41,414 bases of DNA, taken from contig CAILAD010000012.1 in NCBI GenBank assembly GCA_903832035.1, positions 1-41,414 of the forward strand, given 5' to 3'. This DNA is from an uncultured bacterium (GTDB taxonomy: Bacteria > Patescibacteriota > Saccharimonadia > CAILAD01 > BJGX01). A program made the translations under genes and the position numbers. Of this stretch, positions 33,624-41,255 are shown piece after piece. The number at the start of each line of letters is the position of its first letter. Within the stretch, counting starts at the first letter, position 1. Below the pieces are notes generated by a model. That model was not told the origin of the DNA, did not search any database, and saw only the letters and a list, made by a program, of their open reading frames with translations.

Positions 33624-34589
33624 CTAGACTATATTGTCAATCATTTTAATTAGATCGACATGGCTCTTTGCGGCAAATAATTTAGCCCGGATTTCCGATG
33701 AGCCAGCAAATCCAGAAATATACATTTTTATAAATTTCTTTAATGGCTCAAACTTTTCACCGCCCCAAGTTTTTTGGTGCAACTCAATATGTTGCTTCAA
33801 ATACTTCAGCATCAATTTTAAGTCAGCCTTCTTAGCAGTTTTAGAAAATATAAAAGGGTCATGGAATATGCCCCGGCCTACCATAACTCCGTCAACCCCG
33901 CTCATCTTAGCAAGTGATTCCCCTTGGGCTCGGGACATGACGTCACCATTACCAACGATAACAGTTTGGGGCGACAATTTATCGCGCAACTTAACAGCTC
34001 TAGCTATCTCCTGCCAATCGGCAGGGACCTTGCTCATTTGTTTTCGGGTACGGCCATGGACAGTAATAGCATCTAAATTCTGCTTTAGTAAAAATCCAAT
34101 CCAACTCGTAACGTCTGGCTCATTGTAGCCTATCCTAGTCTTAACGCTTAGTGGTATATCGCCACCCGCGTCTAATATTCCGGCTCTCGTTTCAGAGATT
34201 ACCAGTGCTGCTAACTCATGATTTAAAATCATAGCTGAACAGGCACCTTTTTTTACAACGTCTTTTACAGGGCATCCCATATTAATATCGATGCCAGCAA
34301 AACCCATTCCGACTAAATCTTTGGCCATCTGGCGATAGTTAACGGGATTTAGGCCCCATATTTGGGCAATTAAGGGCTGTTCTTTTTTAGTATACCTAAG
34401 TCTTCGGCCTACCGCTTCTCTACCCGGCGAACAGTACCCATCAGCATTCACAAACTCTGTAACCATTAGATCGGGTGGGGATAATTTAATAACCATTTGG
34501 CGAAAAACTGTGTCGGTAACGTCCTCCATTGGTGCTAGCACAAAAAAAGGTTCATTCTCTTTTTTTAATTTCTGCCAAATGTTGTTCAT
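33624..34589 (-). CDS. dus: tRNA-dihydrouridine synthase
   Basis: VLAPMEDVTDTVFR, DINMGCP and the TVHGRTR blocks of the Dus TIM barrel. Confidence 0.9.
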   Translation of the reverse strand: MNNIWQKLKKENEPFFVLAPMEDVTDTVFRQMVIKLSPPDLMVTEFVNADGYCSPGREAVGRRLRYTKKEQPLIAQIWGLNPVNYRQMAKDLVGMGFAGIDINMGCPVKDVVKKGACSAMILNHELAALVISETRAGILDAGGDIPLSVKTRIGYNEPDVTSWIGFLLKQNLDAITVHGRTRKQMSKVPADWQEIARAVKLRDKLSPQTVIVGNGDVMSRAQGESLAKMSGVDGVMVGRGIFHDPFIFSKTAKKADLKLMLKYLKQHIELHQKTWGGEKFEPLKKFIKMYISGFAGSSEIRAKLFAAKSHVDLIKMIDNIV

Positions 34590-34597
34590 AGTCGAAA

Positions 34598-34606
34598 ATT
34601 ATAACA
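34598..34606 (-). promoter_or_regulatory. Extended -10 (TGtTATAAT) 8 nt upstream of the dus ATG; candidate leaderless promoter
   Basis: Reverse strand reads aTGtTATAATtttcgactATG. Confidence 0.5.
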
Positions 34607-34667
34607 TATTCTTGCTGTAATTTCTAGTCTCAAAATTGCCAAATATACGATATAATACATTAACAAT

Positions 34668-36131
34668 ATGAAAAAATCCCATAAACCAGAATTTATATAC
34701 GACCCTAGTAAGAAAGAGCTAGAAGCTGTTCCTGAAGCTACTGACAAGGTTGCGGGCACAGCCGACGAAGACTTTCTATTTGATCTAAAAAATTCAGAAA
34801 AAAAAGACATGCCAAAATCACACAAAACAAACGACTTTTCTGATTTACAAAAAAAGCCCAAGCCGCTCTGGAAGAAAATCATGAAGTGGTTTGGAATTAT
34901 AATGTTAATACTCGGCGTAATTGCGGCAATAGCATTCACCTACATTTATCTACATGCCAGTAAAATATCTTCTAACCCGTTTGATTTAAGTAGCCGACTC
35001 AAAGGCGAGGGCGACGGTCGAGTAAATATTCTGCTACTCGGTATTGGTGACCCAGGACATGCCGGTGAAACACTATCTGACACTAATATGGTAGTAAGTA
35101 TTGATACCAAATCCCAACCTAATAAAGTCACCATGATAAGCATACCAAGAGATACTAGAGTCTATATTCCCGGACATGGCTACAATAAAATAAATGAAGC
35201 TAATGCTCTAGGTGGATCAAAGCTAGCAGAACAAACTGTTGCACAAACGCTAGGAATACCAATCCAATACTACATAACTGCCGACTTCACTGGTCTTAAG
35301 CAAGCTGTAGATGCAGTGGGCGGTATAGACATTAATGTCAAAGACACCCTAATAGACACTGAATACCCCTGTGAGAATAATGAGGGTAAGAGCTGTGGGC
35401 TAAAAATACTTGCCGGTCAACAGCACATGAATGGATCGACTGCTCTCAAGTATGCTAGATGCAGAAAAGGTACTTGTGGTGATGACTTCGGTAGGGCAGC
35501 GCGACAACAGGAAGTATTACAGGCAATTAGAGAAAAGGCTATTTCTACGCAGACGCTGTCTAATCCATCCAAAGTTAATAATCTAATCAATGCTGCCAGT
35601 AACAATATAAAAACTGATTTAAGTTTAAAAAATATCCAGAGATTAATAGACATAACTAAAGGTACTGGTGCTTCAGACATTATTAATGTAGTCTTTTCTA
35701 TTAAACCGAATGGTTTTCTTGTTGGTGATAACTCTAGTAGTGATCTATTGCCGGCCGGAGGTAACTTTGATGCCATTCAAAAGTTTATTGGCAATGTATT
35801 CGAGCTGGCTCCAATATGGAAGGAGGACAGTAGCATTATCGTTCTTAATGGCACGACAACGGTTGGACTCGGAGGTAAATTCAAAAATACCCTGATAGGC
35901 GACGGAATACCAATTACGATAGATTCGCTTGGTAACGCAAAAACTCCTACCTTTACTACGTCACAAATAATAGATTATACTGGCGGCAAAGACCCCAATA
36001 CTGCAAACTATCTATCCAAACTTTTGGGTGTGCAGGTCACTCAACCCACAACCCCAGTAAAATACCCTGTCACTGATTTTGAAGTAACATTGGGCAGTGA
36101 TTACGCCGCAAAAATTTCTCCAAAGAATTAG
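34668..36131 (+). CDS. LytR-CpsA-Psr (LCP) family cell-wall polymer ligase with a LytR_C-like C-terminal domain
   Basis: TM anchor, NILLLGIGDPGHAGETLSDTNMVVSI, MISIPRDTRV, and ARCRKG...DFGRAARQQEVL. Confidence 0.85.
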   Translation: MKKSHKPEFIYDPSKKELEAVPEATDKVAGTADEDFLFDLKNSEKKDMPKSHKTNDFSDLQKKPKPLWKKIMKWFGIIMLILGVIAAIAFTYIYLHASKISSNPFDLSSRLKGEGDGRVNILLLGIGDPGHAGETLSDTNMVVSIDTKSQPNKVTMISIPRDTRVYIPGHGYNKINEANALGGSKLAEQTVAQTLGIPIQYYITADFTGLKQAVDAVGGIDINVKDTLIDTEYPCENNEGKSCGLKILAGQQHMNGSTALKYARCRKGTCGDDFGRAARQQEVLQAIREKAISTQTLSNPSKVNNLINAASNNIKTDLSLKNIQRLIDITKGTGASDIINVVFSIKPNGFLVGDNSSSDLLPAGGNFDAIQKFIGNVFELAPIWKEDSSIIVLNGTTTVGLGGKFKNTLIGDGIPITIDSLGNAKTPTFTTSQIIDYTGGKDPNTANYLSKLLGVQVTQPTTPVKYPVTDFEVTLGSDYAAKISPKN

Positions 36132-36373
36132 TACTTTCTGCCCCAGCCAATCCTGTCCCATATCCGTTCATGAAGATAATAAAGTATTGTCCCTGTAATA
36201 GTGGTAATGCCAGTTATTGACAGTGCATCATTTAACCTATGGGTGGTAAGATAACTGATCGTAAAAATAGATACAATAATTACCAGCCGGTAAGTTACGG
36301 CCTTCACTATGCTGCGGGTATGGGTATCTAGAGGGGGACAGAACTTAATATTATTATTATTTTTTTTCATCAT
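36128..36373 (-). CDS. DUF2061-like small membrane protein
   Basis: SIVKAVTYRLVIIVSIFTISY and HERIWDRIGWG resemble the DUF2061 pattern. Confidence 0.5.
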   Translation of the reverse strand: MMKKNNNNIKFCPPLDTHTRSIVKAVTYRLVIIVSIFTISYLTTHRLNDALSITGITTITGTILYYLHERIWDRIGWGRKY

Positions 36374-36390
36374 TACTTACTATTCTATAT

Positions 36391-36417
36391 AAAATGGCCA
36401 CCTATTTCTAGGTGGCC
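36391..36417 (-). terminator. Intrinsic terminator of the 48-aa minigene
   Basis: GGCCACCT-atttct-AGGTGGCC. The minus-strand RNA continues AUUUUAUAUA. Confidence 0.65.
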
Positions 36418-36423
36418 GGGTGC

Positions 36424-36570
36424 TCAGAGAGACGTAAGGGTTTTGACTATTCGTTCTTCTTCTCTGTGCAACTCCATAAGACGCTTCTCTAGACAATGTC
36501 GCCTGAAGGCGAGCTGGTCTGGATCAATCTGACCTGGAGTTGTTTCATTGTTATCTTCTACGATTGCCAT
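36424..36570 (-). CDS. 48-aa soluble orphan protein (below the ORF-track cutoff)
   Basis: ATG 36570 lies 7 nt after GGAGG (36578-36582). My translation is MAIVEDNNETTPGQIDPDQLAFRRHCLEKRLMELHREEERIVKTLTSL. A TAATAT -10 sits at 36616-36621. Line 36481-36540 has 32/60 G+C. Confidence 0.4.
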   Translation of the reverse strand: MAIVEDNNETTPGQIDPDQLAFRRHCLEKRLMELHREEERIVKTLTSL

Positions 36571-36712
36571 GCTCTCACCTCCTATGGCGCTTTGTGTAGA
36601 TATGATATCAGGTAAATATTACTACCTGAAAAGGTGCATCACTAAAGATGAGGAGATTATACCGCTTTTTAATATTTATTGCAATACTTTAATAGGTTTA
36701 GGGGTAATTTAT

Positions 36713-36721
36713 TGGTATAAT
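36713..36721 (+). promoter_or_regulatory. Extended -10 (TGgTATAAT) 3-6 nt upstream of ATG ATG at 36725/36728; candidate leaderless promoter
   Basis: Sequence is tTGgTATAATtaaATGATG. Confidence 0.45.
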
Positions 36722-36724
36722 TAA

Positions 36725-37090
36725 ATGATGAAAAACAGTAAAACATCCATAATTATTGGAATAACATTAATTGTATTTAGTTTTTACCTACTAGTTAAAC
36801 TTCTACATATGTTAGATAACACAACTGACCTTACTCAGTATTGGCCGGTGTTCTTAATTTTTATAGGTGTGTTAAGTATGAGTCCAAAGAATCCAGATAC
36901 TAATGCAGTCTCACTTAGTCTTATCGCATTAGGTACATTTGGTGGCTTATACAGAGTCGGTTTTTTCAAGACACCAAACGGTGAAGCCGCACTAGCTGTT
37001 CTGGTCGGACTATTTGGACTAGTAATACTGGCCATGGTAGCCTCTAAACCTTCTAAGCCCTCGCTTGATTCCGACAAATCTAGGAGATAA
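36725..37090 (+). CDS. Small multi-TM membrane protein, hypothetical
   Basis: Four hydrophobic spans and a C-terminal S/K/P tail. Confidence 0.5.
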   Translation: MMKNSKTSIIIGITLIVFSFYLLVKLLHMLDNTTDLTQYWPVFLIFIGVLSMSPKNPDTNAVSLSLIALGTFGGLYRVGFFKTPNGEAALAVLVGLFGLVILAMVASKPSKPSLDSDKSRR

Positions 37091-37105
37091 TCTCTCCCTG
37101 CTGGA

Positions 37106-37522
37106 TTATTTTGAAACTTTATTTAAGTATGACTGGTAGTAAAGTATAGGTAGACTGAGTAGTAGAGTTCCAATAGCGTAAGAGCTTAATGAGCTATTAC
37201 CTAAACTAAATGATTTAATATCAGTATTGGTTAAGACAAACATTACAGCAACCACTAAGCCAATTACTATAGGTGCGAAAAATGCTGTCCATTTATTTAG
37301 CTCACCTTTAGTTACGTAGCTCATCGCCTTACAAAACCTATACAGCCACCAGATATTAATTGGGCTAATAAAGAACCATAGAAAGAAAGGCACTTTTTTA
37401 TCCCTGGGGTTTAGTACGTTCATCTCAGTTTTAGTAATAAAATACCAATATACTTGATACAAGTTCAGTGTAATGCAGTTTAGGACAAATATTGAAACTA
37501 GTGATCTATGTTTTAGACGCAT
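37106..37522 (-). CDS. DUF4234-like membrane protein
   Basis: LNCITLNLYQVYWYFITKTEMN resembles the DUF4234 signature. Several TM spans are present. Confidence 0.45.
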   Translation of the reverse strand: MRLKHRSLVSIFVLNCITLNLYQVYWYFITKTEMNVLNPRDKKVPFFLWFFISPINIWWLYRFCKAMSYVTKGELNKWTAFFAPIVIGLVVAVMFVLTNTDIKSFSLGNSSLSSYAIGTLLLSLPILYYQSYLNKVSK

Positions 37523-37540
37523 AATTAAATAAATTTACTA

Positions 37541-38020
37541 TTAGCATACCCCAAGATTACGCTTATGCAAATACTGCTGGTGGTACTCCTCTGCCTTCCA
37601 GAAAGTCTGAGCTGGTACTACCTGGGTAACTATAGGGTTCTTGTATTTTTTACTCGACTCTAGCTGTTTTATTCTTTCAGTAGCGGCGTCTCGCTGCGCA
37701 TCATTGTGATAGAATATTACGCTTCGGTAATTTTCCCCTACGTCAGCTCCCTGCATGTTGAGTTGAGTTGGGTCGTGGTGTTCGAAAAAAATATCTAGTA
37801 GTTTTTCATAACTAATCTTATCTGCATCGAATTCAATCTGAACTGTCTCAGCGTGCCCAGTGTTGTGTGCGCATACTTGCTCATAGGTGGGGTGATCTAC
37901 ATGCCCGCCCTCATAGCCAACTGTAGTTTTACTGCCCTTAGCCTCGGTCCGAAAAGCCTCTTCTACGCCCCAGAAGCAACCTCCACCAAAATCCGCTAAT
38001 GATAATTTTTTATTTTTCAT
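37541..38020 (-). CDS. msrA: Peptide-methionine (S)-S-oxide reductase
   Basis: GGGCFWGVE active site and HDPTQLNMQG..G..YRS. The SD AGGAGG overlaps the upstream stop. Confidence 0.95.
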   Translation of the reverse strand: MKNKKLSLADFGGGCFWGVEEAFRTEAKGSKTTVGYEGGHVDHPTYEQVCAHNTGHAETVQIEFDADKISYEKLLDIFFEHHDPTQLNMQGADVGENYRSVIFYHNDAQRDAATERIKQLESSKKYKNPIVTQVVPAQTFWKAEEYHQQYLHKRNLGVC

Positions 38021-38027
38021 GAACCTC

Positions 38028-38630
38028 CTATGCTGATTTATGCTTAATTTTTACTTTAGCTGCTGCCCTTCTGCCAAAACAGTATAAAAGTAATTCTCCA
38101 GCTGTACCAGACAGAGTAACTACTTTATCACTATTTCGATTTTCTACTGTAATTCTATCATCGTTTAAATCATTGGTAATAATGACACTGCCCAGGTCTG
38201 CTAGCATGGGCTTATTTATTTTAACCAAACCTTTAAGTGCACCCCATAGTAGATTTTCAACATCTTTTGAGGGTTTTGGCCTAGACATCTTTAGGGAACC
38301 CCTAAGGAAATCTTCATTGTGCACCCAAAATTCAGCAACATTAAGACTAGCGGGCATCCACCATGGATAATGGGATAGCTTTTCTATAATGTATTTATGT
38401 CCATTACTTTCTAAGGACTTAATTTTATTATTGTGAGAATTCATGAATCTTGGTGCGATTAAGCCTAGGTCATTGAGTGGATGACGCTCTCTTACGACAA
38501 GGTGTGTTGCCAAATCTTCAACTGTCCAGCCTTTACAGAGTGTTGTAGCTTGCCACTTAGGCCCTGGTAGCTTTTTTAGTAGATCAATTGTGAATTTTCT
38601 CTCAGATTCTACAAATATTTTTTTGTTCAT
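38028..38630 (-). CDS. DinB/MDMPI-N-like (maleylpyruvate-isomerase-type N-domain) protein
   Basis: TLCKGWTVEDLATHLVVRERHP resembles the actinobacterial-type TIGR03085/MDMPI N-terminal pattern. Confidence 0.5.
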   Translation of the reverse strand: MNKKIFVESERKFTIDLLKKLPGPKWQATTLCKGWTVEDLATHLVVRERHPLNDLGLIAPRFMNSHNNKIKSLESNGHKYIIEKLSHYPWWMPASLNVAEFWVHNEDFLRGSLKMSRPKPSKDVENLLWGALKGLVKINKPMLADLGSVIITNDLNDDRITVENRNSDKVVTLSGTAGELLLYCFGRRAAAKVKIKHKSA

Positions 38631-38636
38631 AGAAAT

Positions 38637-38645
38637 ATTGTACCA
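38637..38645 (-). promoter_or_regulatory. Extended -10 (TGgTACAAT) 6 nt upstream of ATG 38630; candidate leaderless promoter
   Basis: Reverse strand reads caTGgTACAATatttctATG. Confidence 0.5.
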
Positions 38646-38677
38646 TGCAACATTAGCGCAACTATGTCATAAAGTAG

Positions 38678-38683
38678 TAAAAT
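38678..38683 (+). promoter_or_regulatory. -10 box (TAAAAT) 6 nt upstream of the msrB ATG; candidate leaderless promoter
   Basis: Sequence is agTAAAATagaactATG. It sits back-to-back with the 38637 box in a 59-bp intergenic region. Confidence 0.45.
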
Positions 38684-38689
38684 AGAACT

Positions 38690-39073
38690 ATGAATAAAGA
38701 AGAAATCAAAAAAAGAGTTGAGGCCTTGGATTCAAAAACCAGAGATATTACACAAAATAAAGTAACTGAGGCTCCATTCACGGGCAAGTACCTAGATGAA
38801 CATAGCGATGGTAGCTACCACTGTATTGTATGTGGGCAGAAGCTTTTTGAGTCAGATGCAAAATTTGATAGTGGTTCTGGCTGGCCAAGTTTTGACCAAG
38901 CAGTGCCCGGTTCTGTCAAGATGATTCCAGATAACTCAGGTGGTATGAATCGCACCGAGGTTGTTTGTAGTCAATGTGGTTCACACCTAGGGCATCTTTT
39001 TGAAGACGGCCCTAAGGAAACTACCGGCCAAAGATTTTGTATTAATTCAGCCTCACTGGATTTAAAGAAATAA
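38690..39073 (+). CDS. msrB: Peptide-methionine (R)-S-oxide reductase
   Basis: Zinc CxxC pairs (CIVCGQ and CSQCGSHLGH), GWPSF, and the catalytic RFCINS. Confidence 0.95.
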   Translation: MNKEEIKKRVEALDSKTRDITQNKVTEAPFTGKYLDEHSDGSYHCIVCGQKLFESDAKFDSGSGWPSFDQAVPGSVKMIPDNSGGMNRTEVVCSQCGSHLGHLFEDGPKETTGQRFCINSASLDLKK

Positions 39074-39082
39074 AAAAGCGCC

Positions 39083-39712
39083 CTAAAATATAGAGCGCTG
39101 ATGATCAATTACCTGGTACCAATTATTAACTTCTATAATATTACCAGGCAGTGAGCCGAGATTTCTATTCCACGGATGAATAAACATGTATACATAGTCG
39201 ACAACATATGACGCATCTAGTGCATACTCGATAACATCCTCAGCGAAAAAATTTGCGCCAATTTCTTCAAGCACTTCAGCCTTAGTCTTGCCACTTGCTC
39301 TAGGGGTATGAATATTGCTACTAAAGTAGTTACCAGTAAATATTCTAGGGAAATATTTGCTCAGCCACTGATTGGTTTGTTGGCGAATTTCATCGTGTCG
39401 AGAGGTGAGGGTATACAGCTCACTACCCATACCCTTAAGCGTGTATATTGACTCCAGCGCATCGACTCTAGGGAGGATGCTCAAGAAATCTTTTGAGCTG
39501 AAATATTTATCAATAATTTCTGTACACCTATCATCACTCACTTCCCAGACCAAAGAAGCATCTGAGGAAAAATGATTACTATAGCTGGAGGAAATATTAT
39601 ACTCTCGCTCGGCAAAAGTCGATAGAGAGCCAACAAAATCAATTAAAACATCATCGATGTCAGTTACAAAAATACTCACAATGGTCCTCTCTAAAAAGGT
39701 ACAAATACTCAT
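39083..39712 (-). CDS. HAD-superfamily hydrolase, 5'(3')-deoxyribonucleotidase-like
   Basis: Motif I is FVTDIDDVLIDF. The likely true start is GTG 39679 (MSIFVTDIDD), 6 nt after GAGG (39686-39689). Confidence 0.5.
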   Translation of the reverse strand: MSICTFLERTIVSIFVTDIDDVLIDFVGSLSTFAEREYNISSSYSNHFSSDASLVWEVSDDRCTEIIDKYFSSKDFLSILPRVDALESIYTLKGMGSELYTLTSRHDEIRQQTNQWLSKYFPRIFTGNYFSSNIHTPRASGKTKAEVLEEIGANFFAEDVIEYALDASYVVDYVYMFIHPWNRNLGSLPGNIIEVNNWYQVIDHQRSIF

Positions 39713-39750
39713 CCAGTATGAACTGAAGGCGACCCGAAATCAAACTTAAG

Positions 39751-39759
39751 TGTTATACT
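39751..39759 (+). promoter_or_regulatory. Extended -10 (TGtTATACT) 6 nt upstream of ATG 39766; candidate leaderless promoter
   Basis: Sequence is gTGtTATACTaaaaatATG. Confidence 0.5.
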
Positions 39760-39765
39760 AAAAAT

Positions 39766-40317
39766 ATGAAACTAAAAATTATACTCGCATCTATAAGAAA
39801 GAACCGTCTTGGAGGACGTGTAGCTAAATGGGCAACAACCGAGCTAGACAAAAATGATATAGTCTACGAGCTAATAGATTTAAAAGATTACAATCTGCCC
39901 TTTTTAGATAGTGATACTGTTCCTTTTGATTTAAACAAAAAATACCCTTACGACATAGTTCAATACTGGTCAAACAAAATAGATGAGGGTGACGCTTACA
40001 TAATTATCACCTGCGAGTACAATCGTGGATACCCTGCTACCTTAAAAAATGCTATTGATTGGCTAGGCATGGAGTTATGGGGTAAGCCAGTAGCATTTAT
40101 AAGCTACTCCGACGGTCCGTTTGGAGGAGTGAGATGCATAGAACAGCTGAGATCAGTCATTAGTAACTTTGATATGTATGGAATCCGGAATGCCATATCC
40201 ATAGGCAAAGCCAATGATATTATATCAACTGAAGGCAAAAACAGCGTTAAGGCTTTTGATGTCCAACTTAAAAAAATGGTTGATGAACTTGCTTTATTAT
40301 CCTCTAAATTGAAATAA
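39766..40317 (+). CDS. NAD(P)H-dependent FMN reductase family protein
   Basis: KIILASIRKNRLG and CEYNRGYPATLKNAIDW blocks. Confidence 0.8.
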   Translation: MKLKIILASIRKNRLGGRVAKWATTELDKNDIVYELIDLKDYNLPFLDSDTVPFDLNKKYPYDIVQYWSNKIDEGDAYIIITCEYNRGYPATLKNAIDWLGMELWGKPVAFISYSDGPFGGVRCIEQLRSVISNFDMYGIRNAISIGKANDIISTEGKNSVKAFDVQLKKMVDELALLSSKLK

Positions 40318-40341
40318 AAAAAGCCAGATAAAATATCTGGC
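40316..40341 (-). terminator. Intrinsic terminator of the 40353-40580 ORF
   Basis: 8-bp stem GCCAGATA-aaa-TATCTGGC. The minus-strand RNA is followed by seven U residues. Confidence 0.7.
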
Positions 40342-40352
40342 CAAATCGTAAT

Positions 40353-40580
40353 TTACCAGCCAAGATTCCTTAGCCAGAGAGCAACTTTATCACCGCCCAC
40401 CAAGTCAGCAAGCATAGCTAGTGCATCTTGAAAGTCCTGCGAACCAACTTTAACAAACTTACTTTTGCCATCAAGCATGATCCTAGCGTACCGACCATCG
40501 CCCGAGGGAATAATACGGATGTAGCTGGTGTTGATAACTAGTGGGCCTGCATCTTTCTTTTGTGTCTTGTGCTTTGCCAT
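40353..40580 (-). CDS. 75-aa hypothetical protein
   Basis: ATG lies 5 nt after AGAGG (40586-40590). It has its own promoter and terminator. No motif recognised. Confidence 0.5.
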   Translation of the reverse strand: MAKHKTQKKDAGPLVINTSYIRIIPSGDGRYARIMLDGKSKFVKVGSQDFQDALAMLADLVGGDKVALWLRNLGW

Positions 40581-40596
40581 AATTACCTCTTTTTTT

Positions 40597-40612
40597 AGAA
40601 AGGTACGTTTCT
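40597..40612. promoter_or_regulatory. Near-palindrome AGAAAgGTACgTTTCT in the leader of the 75-aa ORF
   Basis: 14 of 16 positions are symmetric. It lies between the -10 (40618-40623) and the SD. Confidence 0.3.
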
Positions 40613-40617
40613 GATTA

Positions 40618-40647
40618 ATATTATGTGCTATTTAAATCAGTTTGCAA
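40618..40647 (-). promoter_or_regulatory. Promoter TTGCAA-18-TAATAT for the 75-aa ORF
   Basis: On the minus strand, -35 is at 40647-40642 and -10 at 40623-40618. Confidence 0.45.
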
Positions 40648-40866
40648 GTGCCTAATGCTTTGACCCCAGTCGACCATGCAGTGCTAACTGACATCGACGA
40701 TGCTTACAATCGAGTAAATGAATATGTACTACCATTGGAAAGCAAAAGAGCCCAAGCTGCCTATGGCGCAAAAGAAAGCCGCACAGATAAGTGGTTGGTG
40801 ATTGAAAAAGAACTCAATCCAGCCAGGATTACAGTAGTAATAGTTGGCGAAAAAATAGGATACTAG
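40642..40866 (+). CDS. 74-aa hypothetical ORF (doubtful)
   Basis: TTG start with no SD. It overlaps the -35 of the divergent promoter and the stop of the next gene. Confidence 0.25.
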   Translation: MQVPNALTPVDHAVLTDIDDAYNRVNEYVLPLESKRAQAAYGAKESRTDKWLVIEKELNPARITVVIVGEKIGY

Positions 40867-41255
40867 AGATTTTTTATTTGTTCTTCAATCGACCGAAACT
40901 GAGTATAGCGCAACGTTAATAACCCAGCTTGTTTTGCAGCTGATAGATTCTCAGCAGAATCATCTACTAGCAAGACTTCGCTGGGTTTTAGCTTATAGCT
41001 TGCCAGTACCATCTGGTAAAGTCCGGGGTCTGACTTAGGCAGACCTAACTCCCCTGTCGTCTTGATGAATTTAAAGTTCTTTTGGGCATTCTTTTCCTTT
41101 AGCCAGCCGGCTAGATCTGACTGAATAGCCGAGATAACACCAAAATTATATTTCTTATTGTTATTGTCCATAAATTTTAAGATATCTGGATTGAGCTCAT
41201 CCTTGTTTGTAAAGTACAGCACTCCATAGAAATCAAAAATTATAAACTTTATCAT
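40863..41255 (-). CDS. Small HAD-like hydrolase (motif I variant DFYGV)
   Basis: FIIFDFYGVL, LLVDDSAENL. Its ATG overlaps the upstream stop as ATGA (41252-41255). Confidence 0.55.
   Translation of the reverse strand: MIKFIIFDFYGVLYFTNKDELNPDILKFMDNNNKKYNFGVISAIQSDLAGWLKEKNAQKNFKFIKTTGELGLPKSDPGLYQMVLASYKLKPSEVLLVDDSAENLSAAKQAGLLTLRYTQFRSIEEQIKNL

Noticed and set aside
33634-34939. 164-aa plus-strand ORF inside dus, and a 117-aa minus-strand ORF overlapping the LCP gene start.
   Set aside because: Both are antisense to motif-supported genes, and neither has start signals.
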